A stretch of 50,280 nt of DNA from Candidatus Saccharimonadota bacterium (GCA_017983775.1 JAGOAT010000002.1:1-50280), one strand, 5' to 3'. Shown: positions 17,736 to 27,854, counted from the stretch's first letter. The notes: generated by a model not told the origin, from the letters alone. Made by a program: numbers and translations.

Positions 17736-19514
17736 ATGACTACATCACAGATACGCCAATCATTCTTAGATTATTTTGCTAGCAAAGGGTGTCATATTAT
17801 TCCTTCAGCATCCCTAGTCCCTAAAGATGATCCGACAGTACTGTTTAATATTGCAGGGATGCAGCCAATCGTCCCTTTCCTTAAAGGTCGACCACATCCA
17901 GCTGGTACACGATTAGCCAATTCACAAAAATGTGTCAGGACATCTGATCTGGAAGAAGTCGGAGATAGCTCACATTTGACATTTTTTGAGATGCTTGGTC
18001 ATTGGAGCTTGGGGGATTATTACAAAAAAGAAGCCTTGGAGTGGATCTGGGAATGGCTAACATCTCCAGAATATCTTGGACTAGATAGCTCAAAACTTTA
18101 TGCAACTGTCTACGAAGGTGATCAGGAAATACCCAGAGACGATCAGAGTATTGGAATTTGGCAAGAAATCTTTAATAGTCAAGGATTGTCGAGTCAGATA
18201 GGTAAAAGAATTCTAGATTTGGGTAAGGATGATAATTGGTGGGAGATACCTGGTGCAGAGCAGAGTCCAGCTGGACCAGATAGTGAGATCTTTTATTATC
18301 TTGGAAACCAGGCTGATCCGGTATTTGATCCCGAAGACCCAAATTTTATTGAGATTTGTAACTCTGTATTTATGGCTTATCAGAAGGCTTCAGGTGGTTA
18401 TCAAAATTTAGCTAAAAAGAATGTTGATTTTGGTGGTGGGCTTGAGAGGTTGGCAATGGTCAAGCAGGGAGCAGATTCAGTTTATGGGATAGATATCTTC
18501 ATTGAGATAGACCGGGCAATTTTGAGCCTAGCAACAGAGAATGACATTAGGGCAAGGCGGATAGTGGCTGATCACATCAGGACTTCTGTGATGATGGTTG
18601 GAGATGGGCTTGTGCCCGATAATAATGGTGCTGGCTATGTACTCAGACGACTCATAAGGCGCGCCTTACGTGAGGCGGATAGACTAGGCATTGGTAATCA
18701 GTTGATAGAGAAGCTTGTTCCTGTGGTGATTCATTTGTATCAGGATGCTTATCCAAATCTTGCGGAAGACAAGGATCGAATTTTGGTAGTTCTTAGTAAG
18801 GAAGAACGTTTGTTTCAGGCTACTTTACGTAAGGGAATTAAGTTATTTCATAAAGAGGTTGGAGAGAAGTTGACTGGTCAGCAGGCTTTTAAGTTATTTG
18901 ATACTTATGGGTTTCCTTTGGAGCTTAGTATTGAGGAAGCCAAACGGTTAGGATTAGATATTAGCAAGAATCTCGATCAAGAATTTGCGAAGGAATTATC
19001 TGCGCAACGAGAAAGATCCAGAACGGCCAACAAAGGAGTTTTTAAGGGTGGCTTGATTGACCACTCACCCAAGGTGATTCGCTATCATACTGCCACGCAT
19101 ATACTTTACAAAGCATTGAGATTGGTTCTTGGGGATCATGTGATTCAAAGAGGAAGTAATATTACAGCTGAAAGAACAAGATTTGATTTCTCTCATCCTG
19201 ATAAAATGACCAAGGAGCAACTGTCTAAGGTGGAAAATATAGTCAATCAAACTATCAGTCAAGGTCTATCCGTTAGCTATCAAGTAGTGCCTACCGAGCG
19301 GGCTTTTGAACAGGGGGCATTGGGTGCGTTTGGTGATCGCTACGATGATCAAGTTAAGGTTTATCAAATTGGTGAAGGAGACAATGTCTACTCATTGGAG
19401 ATATGTGGAGGGCCCCATGTCCAAAATACTAATGAGGTTGGTCAGTTCAAAATAGTCAAAGAGCAAGCTTCTTCTGCTGGAGTCAGGCGCATTAAGGCTG
19501 TAATTGAAGATTGA
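17736..19514 (+). CDS. alaS: Alanine--tRNA ligase, short form (592 aa; catalytic, tRNA-recognition and editing domains, no C-Ala domain)
   Basis: FNIAGMQP, QKCVRTSD, FFEMLGHWS, and editing-site HTATHILYKAL ... ICGGPHV. Confidence 0.9.
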   Translation: MTTSQIRQSFLDYFASKGCHIIPSASLVPKDDPTVLFNIAGMQPIVPFLKGRPHPAGTRLANSQKCVRTSDLEEVGDSSHLTFFEMLGHWSLGDYYKKEALEWIWEWLTSPEYLGLDSSKLYATVYEGDQEIPRDDQSIGIWQEIFNSQGLSSQIGKRILDLGKDDNWWEIPGAEQSPAGPDSEIFYYLGNQADPVFDPEDPNFIEICNSVFMAYQKASGGYQNLAKKNVDFGGGLERLAMVKQGADSVYGIDIFIEIDRAILSLATENDIRARRIVADHIRTSVMMVGDGLVPDNNGAGYVLRRLIRRALREADRLGIGNQLIEKLVPVVIHLYQDAYPNLAEDKDRILVVLSKEERLFQATLRKGIKLFHKEVGEKLTGQQAFKLFDTYGFPLELSIEEAKRLGLDISKNLDQEFAKELSAQRERSRTANKGVFKGGLIDHSPKVIRYHTATHILYKALRLVLGDHVIQRGSNITAERTRFDFSHPDKMTKEQLSKVENIVNQTISQGLSVSYQVVPTERAFEQGALGAFGDRYDDQVKVYQIGEGDNVYSLEICGGPHVQNTNEVGQFKIVKEQASSAGVRRIKAVIED

Positions 19515-19792
19515 TCATTGCATTGTCATTTTCCGAGTCTTCGCAGAAGATTAGGCGATAACCAATATTTAGCACCTAAGACTGTGGCTATCCTTTCTGG
19601 ATGCATACGGTCAATTTGGGAATATATACAACTAAAAACAAACAATATAAATAATAAAAACTCATGCATTAGCTCGAATACAGGATTTTGAAGTTTGACC
19701 TCAGCGATATATCACTAGACTTCGAGAATGATGAAAGAGTAGGTAGTATCAAATATGAGGAGAAAATATTATTTTCGTGATAAGATATTCTT

Positions 19793-21115
19793 ATGCTTAG
19801 AATAGATAGCATTCACTTTATTTCTATCAAGAAATACCTCAATGCCCATTATCAATATCTTTTGCAATTGTTGAAAAAGAGAGACCCCGGGATATTTTTG
19901 GGACTAGATATTGGAACCGAGCAGGTTAAGGCAGTACTTGCAAAATACAATGCTGATAGCGGCTAGCTGGAGATTATTGGTGCTGGACATGCTAAGCAAA
20001 AATTGAGTGATATGCAGTCAGGTACTATTACAGATATCTCAGGAGTGATTACTAATTGTGATCAGGCAATCAGGGAAGCTGAATCTCAAGCAGATCAGGT
20101 CGCAAAACAGGTGGTGATTGGGATAGCTGGAGAGTTGGTGCAGGGTAATAGTTTTGATTTGAGATACCAACGTAAGAATCCTGAGCTAGAGATTAATAAG
20201 CTTGAGATTAATGATGTGTTAGCTAAATTACAAGCCAAAGGACTGGGAAAGGCCAGGGACAATATTAGCTGGGAAACTGGACAAAATAATCTGGATATTC
20301 GTTTGTTAAATTCAGCAATTACTCAAATAGTCATCGACGGCTACCAGGTCACAAATCCAATAGGCTTCAAGGGTGAACATGTCACGATTAGGGCTTTCAA
20401 TGCTTTTGCTCCAATGATTCATATTGCAGCAGTTGAAACTATTTCTAAGAATTTAGACCTGAGTCTTACGACAATTGCTGCTGAACCTTTTGCTGTAGCT
20501 AAAAGTGTTCAGGAATTGGGCAAAGAATCTACAAGTGCAATTTTTATTGATATCGGAGGTGGGACTACGGATATTGCTATAGTTAGTGAAGGCGGAGTGG
20601 CTGGAACAAAAATGTTTGCCCTGGGGGGTAGAAGTTTTACAAGAACTCTAGCAAGTATTTTTTCTATTAGTTTTGAACGAGCTGAAGAACTCAAGCTAGC
20701 CTATAGCACTAGTAAATTGGTCGAGCAAAAGTCTAAAAAAGTCAAAAAAGCTCTAGCAGATACTGTAAATCTTTGGCTGGAAGGGGTTAGATTATCCTTA
20801 GAAGAATTTGAAGATCTTGATCAGTTGCCTAATAGAATTTTACTCTGTGGGGGAGGTTCCAAGTTAGCCGATTTGATCGAGGCACTTGAGAACAAAAGCT
20901 GGCACAAGGAAATTGGATTCAGTAGAAGTCCTGTGATCAAATATATTCAAAAGTCTCAGATATCGAGGGTTGTTGATTCATTAGATTTGGTATCTGGTCC
21001 AGAGTTTATTACTCCGCTTGCTTTATTGGGTCTAAGTATAGATACTATTGATAATGATTCAAGCTCAAATATTCTTAGTAAATTTAATCAGGTAGTGAAG
21101 AATGACAGAAGATAA
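19793..21115 (+). CDS. ftsA: FtsA-like actin-fold cell-division ATPase, interrupted by an in-frame TAG at 19964-19966 (the track ORF 20003..21115 is the downstream part)
   Basis: Upstream part: MLRIDS...GIFLGLDIGTEQVKAVLAKYNADSG-TAG-LEIIGAGHAKQKLSDMQSGTITDI, all in one frame. Downstream motifs: IFIDIGGGTTDIAIV and LLCGGGSKL. Confidence 0.7.
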
Positions 21116-22715
21116 TAGTCAAATAATTTATTTAGAAGCTGATGCAGATATTACTGAGGTTACAAGGTTATTTAGTCAATCAAAATCAAGTAATATTCGT
21201 CTGGTAGTTCCTGCCAAGTCGGGTCTGCTCAGGAGCTCGATCAACCTTAGATTACTTGGTAGACAGATCAAGAATAGTAATAAGCAGGTAATATTGGTTT
21301 GTCCAGATCAAGCGATTCAGAAATTGATTTTAAGAAATGGGTTGGATGTTGCTAGTACAATCAAGTCAGAGCCACTAGAGGCAGAGCTAGTCTTGCCCAG
21401 TCAATTGGATACCTCAACTCAACAAGTTCAGGTAGTCAATCAAGATAACCAGTTAGACTTAGAGGAAGATTCTGAGCATGGTCAACAGATTGAAAAAAGT
21501 GATGACTTGTTAGTTACTAAAGATGATACTGATACTGAGCCTGAGGATAAAGAGATTATACAAGACCCTAAAACTACTTTTATTCAGTCAGATTCTAAAG
21601 CATTAAGCATTCCAGATTTTGATCATTTCAGAAAGAGAATCTTGATCGGGCTTGGACTTGGATTAATGGCAGTGACTTTGGTAGTTATTGGAGTCTTATT
21701 GCCCCGAGCTGAAGTCAAGATTAGTTTGCAAGCTGACCAAGTGCCAGTCGACCTTCGTTTGGATAGGTCAGAGTTTACTACTGGGGAGATTGGCCAGGTA
21801 ACCGATAGCGAGACCCTGACCACTTCAGTCGTTGCTAGTGAAGAAAAAGACCTGGGTAAGGTCGCTCAAGGCCAGATAGTGATTCAGAATTGTGAAGATA
21901 GTGATACACATAGTCTCAAGAAGGGTGCTAGACTGACTGCTAATGGCTTGGTATTTGAGTTAGATCAAGTAGTCACTATTCCAGCTGGAATTTTTAGCTC
22001 TGGGGGGACTGTTTGTTCCACTCCACTTGTAGAGGCTGGAATTAAGGCAACTGATAAGGGCTCTGACTTCAATTTATCTCAGGCTAGTTTTGATTTTGCA
22101 GATCTCAGTGCCAATTTCAAGGTTACTGGGACTACGAGTGGTGGTGAGAGTAAGATAGTCAAGGTAGTTTCTCAGGCAGATATTGATACTGCCAAGGAAA
22201 GATTAGTAGCCACCAATAGTCTTGATCAGTCAGAACTGGTCAGCCGAATTAGTCAAGATAGTAGAGTGATAGAGGGTAGTTATGCGGAAACAATTGATCA
22301 GGAAACTGTGGCTAATCCTGCCGGGAGCCAAGTTGATCAGACTGAGCTAAAGATTACTGTTGTATCTAGCTTGGATTACTTAGAAAATACAGCCATTAGT
22401 CGGGTTCTGGATCAGTCTTTGCTAGATAACTCTGATGGTAGTAAGCAGATATTTGATAATGGTCTTGAAGATGCTGGATTAAGCTATCAGGATGGACAAG
22501 TAATAATTACTACTACAGGATACCTCGGACCAAAGTTTGATCAAGAGCGAATCATTAAAGAGTTACGATTTGCTAGCAAGAAACAGGTTCGTGAGATAGT
22601 CAAGAAACATATCAACTATCAGGATTTACAAGTCAATGGAGGGATTACATTTTTGTCGAGGATGCCAATCTTTGATTCGAAAATTAGCCTGGAGCTCGAA
22701 GTCACAAATATTTAG
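21102..22715 (+). CDS. Bitopic membrane protein (537 aa), unknown function, coupled to ftsA
   Basis: Overlaps the ftsA 3' end by 14 nt. It has a ~90-aa N-terminal domain, an acidic linker, a TM (ILIGLGLGLMAVTLVVIGVLL) and a ~330-aa outer domain. Confidence 0.65.
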   Translation: MTEDNSQIIYLEADADITEVTRLFSQSKSSNIRLVVPAKSGLLRSSINLRLLGRQIKNSNKQVILVCPDQAIQKLILRNGLDVASTIKSEPLEAELVLPSQLDTSTQQVQVVNQDNQLDLEEDSEHGQQIEKSDDLLVTKDDTDTEPEDKEIIQDPKTTFIQSDSKALSIPDFDHFRKRILIGLGLGLMAVTLVVIGVLLPRAEVKISLQADQVPVDLRLDRSEFTTGEIGQVTDSETLTTSVVASEEKDLGKVAQGQIVIQNCEDSDTHSLKKGARLTANGLVFELDQVVTIPAGIFSSGGTVCSTPLVEAGIKATDKGSDFNLSQASFDFADLSANFKVTGTTSGGESKIVKVVSQADIDTAKERLVATNSLDQSELVSRISQDSRVIEGSYAETIDQETVANPAGSQVDQTELKITVVSSLDYLENTAISRVLDQSLLDNSDGSKQIFDNGLEDAGLSYQDGQVIITTTGYLGPKFDQERIIKELRFASKKQVREIVKKHINYQDLQVNGGITFLSRMPIFDSKISLELEVTNI

Positions 22716-22759
22716 AGGTCAGATATTTTGTGTTGTACGACTAGACTTATAGCCCCCGT

Positions 22760-22889
22760 AAACAAAACCTGTACCTTATGGTACATAACTATCACTATTA
22801 CTTCTCATCATATCTACATATATGATTTATTACAATAACAACAATTCTAGGTCTATAATCTATCACTCCCAAGCGAACAGGTTTTGTTT
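22760..22889. repeat. 130-bp element with perfect 13-bp terminal inverted repeats (AAACAAAACCTGT / ACAGGTTTTGTTT), copy 1 of 2
   Basis: The right ~105 nt differ at only 5 positions from 49218-49324. Confidence 0.7.
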
Positions 22890-23053
22890 TTGGCAGCTAT
22901 ACCTAGAAATCCTGAAGGGGTTTATTGGTATCTAGAAATATAAATAAAAACAACACAAGTAATCACGCGGTCTAACATTTTCATATATGGGTTCCCAGAG
23001 CTTTTTAGATGAAGATAGGAAAAGTCCAGTATGACAATACGGGTTTTGTTTGG

Positions 23054-23082
23054 TTGACACTAGCTAAGCGGTTTGTTAGAAT
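23054..23082 (+). promoter_or_regulatory. Extended -10 promoter (TTGACA-17-TGtTAGAAT) upstream of the LysM/CHAP gene
   Basis: -35 at 23054-23059 and -10 at 23077-23082. Confidence 0.4.
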
Positions 23083-23261
23083 TCTAGCTAGTATCTTTGT
23101 TGTTTGTATAAGTAAGTGAGGTACTGAGTTAATTAATATGGAGTATTGCTATTAGTAAGTTTACTAGTGTCTCTACTGTTCTAGTTCGTCGAAATAAATC
23201 CCAGAATCCAAAATCTACTGCCAGTTACCAAAATCAGAGTAAGTCTAGAAAAGAATTACGA

Positions 23262-24311
23262 TTGTTCTTACCTGTTATTTACTTAATGCTGGTTGTGTTT
23301 AGTCTCAACTTTCAACTACTCCCCAATATCTTGGTAGCCACCGACCATGGCCAACCTCAAAGTTTTTCAAAAGGCCTGGATAGCTATGGTTTTTTGCAAG
23401 CTACTAGTGATATAGCAAAGTTGGCACCAATAGCAGAATTACCAAACCAGGGTTCTAGTGCAGGCCAAGAGATTAGTGCTAATGATTCCACCAGCCTAGA
23501 TACAACTGGTGGTGATTTTATCACTAAGCCCAAGCCAACTTTGACTGAAGGTAAAGCTACCAGGGATGTAATAGAATATCAGGTCAAAGAAGGTGATACT
23601 ATCTCAACAATTGCTAGTAGTTTTGGTTTGACTACCGATACTGTTAGGTGGGCAAATCAATTAGATCAAGATCAGGCACTTGGGGTGGGAGAAAGTTTAA
23701 AGATTTTGCCTATTGATGGGGTGTTGCATTGGGTTAAGCCCGGATCTGGAGATACCCTAGATCAACTATCTGCTCTGTACAAAGTAGATAAGAAAGTAAT
23801 TATCAGTTATAACCAAATTCTTGATAATAAGCTTGAGGATGATATAGTTCTGGTGGTGCCTGGAGGTAAGATAGAAGAGGCAGAGGTTAGTCAAGAAACT
23901 ACCCAGAATCAAGTAGCCCTTGATCAGCCAGCTACTGCCCAAGTTACTGTCCAGCCAGTTCAGAGTGCTCCTATTGCAACCCAACCAGAGGCATTGACTA
24001 GTTATAGTGGAGGTTATAACAATTATGCATATGGATACTGCACTTGGTATGTTGCGAATCGTCGAGCGGTCCCAGCTAGTATGGGTAATGCAGTAAATTG
24101 GTATTATGCAGCCCAGGCTGCTGGATTTGGTGTCGGTAGCCAACCGATAGTCGGGGCTGTAGCTTGGACGCCAGCTGGCTATTATGGTCATGTGGCCTAT
24201 GTTGAGGCTGTAGAGGGCAATCAGGTATATGTTTCAGAAATGAATTATGCAGGCTGGGGAGTAGTATCTTATCGTTGGGTATCTGCCAGTGCATTTAGTT
24301 ATATTTACTAA
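23262..24311 (+). CDS. Secreted peptidoglycan hydrolase: two LysM domains plus a C-terminal CHAP domain
   Basis: LysM-like YQVKEGDTISTIASSFGLTTDTVRWANQL and VKPGSGDTLDQLSALYKVDKKVIISYNQI. CHAP-like YGYCTWYVANRR ... YGHVAYVEAV. The start is uncertain (TTG 23262 or ATG 23286). Confidence 0.8.
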   Translation: MFLPVIYLMLVVFSLNFQLLPNILVATDHGQPQSFSKGLDSYGFLQATSDIAKLAPIAELPNQGSSAGQEISANDSTSLDTTGGDFITKPKPTLTEGKATRDVIEYQVKEGDTISTIASSFGLTTDTVRWANQLDQDQALGVGESLKILPIDGVLHWVKPGSGDTLDQLSALYKVDKKVIISYNQILDNKLEDDIVLVVPGGKIEEAEVSQETTQNQVALDQPATAQVTVQPVQSAPIATQPEALTSYSGGYNNYAYGYCTWYVANRRAVPASMGNAVNWYYAAQAAGFGVGSQPIVGAVAWTPAGYYGHVAYVEAVEGNQVYVSEMNYAGWGVVSYRWVSASAFSYIY

Positions 24312-24322
24312 GTTGATATTCA

Positions 24323-25624
24323 ATGTTTATTGATCAGGTTAGGATTACCGTCCAAGCAGGGCGAGGTGGTGATGGCCGGGTTAGTCTACTGAGCAATAGA
24401 AGTCAGGCCAAAGGGGGTCCAGATGGTGGTGATGGTGGTGATGGTGGTGATGTGATCATTCAGGCTAGTCACAATTATAGTACCCTTAGTCATTTTCGTG
24501 GTAAAAAACGCTTTAGTGCTGAGAATGGACAGATGGGAGATAAATTTAGACGACATGGTAAGCGTGGTCAAGACATTACCCTTGAAGTGCCTGTAGGTAC
24601 GGTGATTAAGTCGGAAGGGGAGGTCATAGCCGATCTAGTAGCCAATCATCAGGCTGTAGTGATTGCGAAAGGTGGTGAAGGGGGTTATGGCAATGCTCAC
24701 TTTACCTCATCCAGGCGGCAAACACCAAGATTTGCTGAGTTGGGTCTAGCGGGGGAGAATCTGGATTTGGATTTTGAATTGAAACTTTTGGCAGATGTCG
24801 GCTTGATAGGACTTCCCAATGCGGGTAAGTCGAGCTTAATATCAGTCTTGACTAGTGTCAAACCAAAGATAGCCAACTATCCATTTACCACTATTGTGCC
24901 AAAGATTGGGATTGCCAATTACCATCAGCACAGCTTTGTGATTGCAGATCTACCAGGCCTGATAGCTGGTGCCAGCCAGGGCAAGGGTTTGGGTCAGCAG
25001 TTCTTGAGGCATATTGAAAGGTGCAGGGTATTGGTGGAGTTGATCAGCATCGAGAGTGAGAATTATCTAAAAGATATTGAAACAATAATCTCCGAGCTTC
25101 AACAGTATAAATCTGGTATATTGCTAAAAAGAAAAATAGTGTTTGTTGTTAGTAAGATCGATTTACTTGCTGGAGATAAGAAATTGCTTGATCAATATTT
25201 ATCACAGATAAAAAAGGCTATAGATAAATTGGTAAAGAAATATCAACTGGACATAGACTCAGAAATAGTAGCAGTTTCTTCTTTGACAAAGACAAATCTT
25301 GATCAACTTAAATCTAGGCTCGCAATCCAGCTTGAAGCATGGGATCAAGTAGTTGAGACCGAGCAAGAAGTTGAGATGATTCCCGTAATTCGTGCGGAGG
25401 ATGATCCAGAACTTTATTTGGTTGAAAAATTAGAAGAGGGCAAGTATATAATAAAAGGTCAGAAGATAGAACGTTTTGCCATGAAGACAAACTTTGACCA
25501 AGATCAGGCTGTGGCAAGACTGAGAGATATTTTAGTCAAGATGGGGATAGATCGAGAGTTATCCAGGCAAGGTATTAAGCTCGGAGATCAAGTAGAGATC
25601 GCCAACAAATCCCTAGAATACTAA
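24323..25624 (+). CDS. obg: GTPase Obg/CgtA
   Basis: Gly-rich Obg fold FIDQVRITVQAGRGGDG...GGDGGDGGDV; G motifs GLPNAGKSSL, DLPGLI and SKID; C-terminal OCT-like domain. Confidence 0.95.
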   Translation: MFIDQVRITVQAGRGGDGRVSLLSNRSQAKGGPDGGDGGDGGDVIIQASHNYSTLSHFRGKKRFSAENGQMGDKFRRHGKRGQDITLEVPVGTVIKSEGEVIADLVANHQAVVIAKGGEGGYGNAHFTSSRRQTPRFAELGLAGENLDLDFELKLLADVGLIGLPNAGKSSLISVLTSVKPKIANYPFTTIVPKIGIANYHQHSFVIADLPGLIAGASQGKGLGQQFLRHIERCRVLVELISIESENYLKDIETIISELQQYKSGILLKRKIVFVVSKIDLLAGDKKLLDQYLSQIKKAIDKLVKKYQLDIDSEIVAVSSLTKTNLDQLKSRLAIQLEAWDQVVETEQEVEMIPVIRAEDDPELYLVEKLEEGKYIIKGQKIERFAMKTNFDQDQAVARLRDILVKMGIDRELSRQGIKLGDQVEIANKSLEY

Positions 25625-25628
25625 CAAG

Positions 25629-25714
25629 GGTGACACCGTACAAAGCAGGCCACGTATTGTATGGTTAAGGTATTAAGTCAAAAGTTGTCTCCAAAAAACG
25701 TTTACGGTGTCTTC
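25629..25714. repeat. TIR-bounded AT-rich element, copy 2 of 3 (GGTGACACCGTA ... TACGGTGTCTTC)
   Basis: Starts 5 nt after the obg stop codon and aligns with 8586-8670 and 27934-28018. Confidence 0.65.
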
Positions 25715-25892
25715 TTGTCTTGGCTATATAGATGAAGGAGAATATCTTGGCTCTTGAAGATATTTTTTGACACTATTAGTCCTATTCTGGGTAGGTATCC
25801 TATTATTAGTCTTGCTAAAGCATTAGCAATTTGGTATATTTACTTGGATGGTTTGATAAGTTTTATTTTGATTTCTTAATGGAGGACAGGAG

Positions 25893-27854
25893 TTGATTGG
25901 GATTAGACGGTTAATCAGTGTATTATTGGGGTTGAGCCTGGGTGGTTATCTGCTATGGGGATATATAGCTGGAACTCTACCTCAGGAGCCAAGGCTGGAG
26001 GCAGCAGGGGACTATTGTATAGAAGGTTTTTATCAGTATGTAGATGGCTATTTAAAGCTTCTAGATTCTGTTACTGGAGAGTATATTGATATTGGTACAA
26101 ATGTTTCAGCTGAAGCTCAATTGCAATCAAATCTGCCAGTTGCTAATCAAGATATTGACATCAATGCTACTGGATATAGTACAATCGATAATCAGTTTTA
26201 TTCAATTATTACTGATCCTATCAATACCGATGATCCAGAATTCAATGGCCTTAGTGGCAGTAGTGCCAATACCCATCGACCGAATTTCGTCCATTTAGCA
26301 GTTACAGACCCAGCAACAGGTTTTGTAACAGATTTAGGGGAAGTTTATAACATTAATAATAGCGGTCAAACCTTGAGAAATGTTTTGCGAAATGCTCAGA
26401 GTTGGTTTGGGGGGAGCAGGGATGAATGGGGCCCAACTTCGATTTCGATGGGGGACATGAATGGCAACTTTTTGTATGTAGCAATCGGCGGCCGTAATGA
26501 TATAGATAATAATATATATGAGATTGATGTGACCAATAATACTTTTCGCAAGATTAATGTTACTTACACTACGCAAAATAGCCCAGGAACAGTAGAACTG
26601 GGTGGCGATCTAGTTTATCACGACGGTTTTCTCTATTCTTTGGAAGGGGCACATTCTAGTACCGCAGACAACCCAAGTAGGTTAGTAAGAATTAATCTGG
26701 CTACTGGACAGGGGTATGCCCTAGATATAGCTTCATTGCCACATCAAGATAGGACTTATGGAGCACTTTGGATTGCTTTTGATGGTACAGAATATCATAT
26801 GTACGCTAATGATACAGGTAATAGTACTGGTGACGGAACTGTGTATGAGATAACTAATTTTGTATCAGGCACACCAGGGTCAAAAGTCCTGGTTAAGACT
26901 GAAGTATTCTCAAGAAATGACGGGATGAGCTGTCCGGATGCAGATGTCCCAGCATTTGGTATAGACGCCGTAGATGACGAAGATAGTACAAGCTTTCAAA
27001 CTCCATTGATAATTGATACTAAGCCAAACGATCGCTATAACCTAGAGGGAGATATGTCTAACTGGGACACCCTATCTGAATCTGGAGGTACAGTTGTATA
27101 CGATCCGATCACTGAGACTTTCGTTTATACTCCTGCAACTGGCTTTTATGGTATAGATAGGTTTAATTACACGATTTGCTTACCTTTACCCTCCACCCTG
27201 TGTGATACTGCTACAGTGACTATTACAGTCACTACTAAGTCAGAATTATTTATCGACAAGCAGGATGATTATTCAGACGGCCAAGTGGTATATCCTGGGG
27301 ATATTATTAGATATACGATAACTTATGGTCATCACGGTGATATTGACCATAATTTACTCAATGAAACATTGACGGAGACTGTTCCACTAGGCACTACATA
27401 TCTTGATAACGGATTGTGGGATTGTAGTGATTTGAATGGCAACCAAGTATTTGATGGTGGAGACACATGTATAGCCACTACCGAAGAACTATATGCAGAT
27501 AGTGAATACCAGATAGAGTTTGAGGTCAAAGTTGATGATAATATCGATATAACAAATCAAGGTCAGATTGATAATATTGTTTATTTGAGCAATAGTTCCG
27601 GAGAGTCTATTAGCTCGGAAGAAGTTACATTGGTTGGTGAAGATTTGATTAATCCTATTGATCCAGAAGATCAAGATAATAGTGAGGGTGGAGAGGGTGA
27701 TGATAGTAAAGAGGATAATACCAATAATAGTGCGGTAGGAGGGGCACTAGATGCAATATTAGCAAAGACTGGCCTCAAGCCTAGTTTTGTGATGTTGATA
27801 TTCGGTTTGACGATTGTTTGTTGCATTTATCAAGTACGTAGGTTTAGTCGCTAA
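25893..27854 (+). CDS. Cell-surface protein with C-terminal sortase sorting signal (LAKTG + TM + RRFSR); cadherin/Ig-like and DUF11-like repeat domains
   Basis: TTG start after GGAGGACAGGAG, with an N-terminal signal/TM. AVDDEDSTSFQTPLIID...GIDRFNYTIC is a cadherin-like repeat, and YPGDIIRYTITYGHHG is DUF11-like. The C-terminus reads ILAKTGLKPSFVMLIFGLTIVCCIYQVRRFSR. Confidence 0.75.
   Translation: MIGIRRLISVLLGLSLGGYLLWGYIAGTLPQEPRLEAAGDYCIEGFYQYVDGYLKLLDSVTGEYIDIGTNVSAEAQLQSNLPVANQDIDINATGYSTIDNQFYSIITDPINTDDPEFNGLSGSSANTHRPNFVHLAVTDPATGFVTDLGEVYNINNSGQTLRNVLRNAQSWFGGSRDEWGPTSISMGDMNGNFLYVAIGGRNDIDNNIYEIDVTNNTFRKINVTYTTQNSPGTVELGGDLVYHDGFLYSLEGAHSSTADNPSRLVRINLATGQGYALDIASLPHQDRTYGALWIAFDGTEYHMYANDTGNSTGDGTVYEITNFVSGTPGSKVLVKTEVFSRNDGMSCPDADVPAFGIDAVDDEDSTSFQTPLIIDTKPNDRYNLEGDMSNWDTLSESGGTVVYDPITETFVYTPATGFYGIDRFNYTICLPLPSTLCDTATVTITVTTKSELFIDKQDDYSDGQVVYPGDIIRYTITYGHHGDIDHNLLNETLTETVPLGTTYLDNGLWDCSDLNGNQVFDGGDTCIATTEELYADSEYQIEFEVKVDDNIDITNQGQIDNIVYLSNSSGESISSEEVTLVGEDLINPIDPEDQDNSEGGEGDDSKEDNTNNSAVGGALDAILAKTGLKPSFVMLIFGLTIVCCIYQVRRFSR

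Noticed and set aside
23018-23050. GGAAAAGTCCAG string reminiscent of the RNase P RNA GAGGAAAGUCC core (also AAGAAGTCCAGGATGAC at 40459-40475)
   Set aside because: The surrounding sequence is AT-rich and lacks the other conserved RNase P regions and helices. Both sites look like degenerate members of the GGATGAC repeat family instead.
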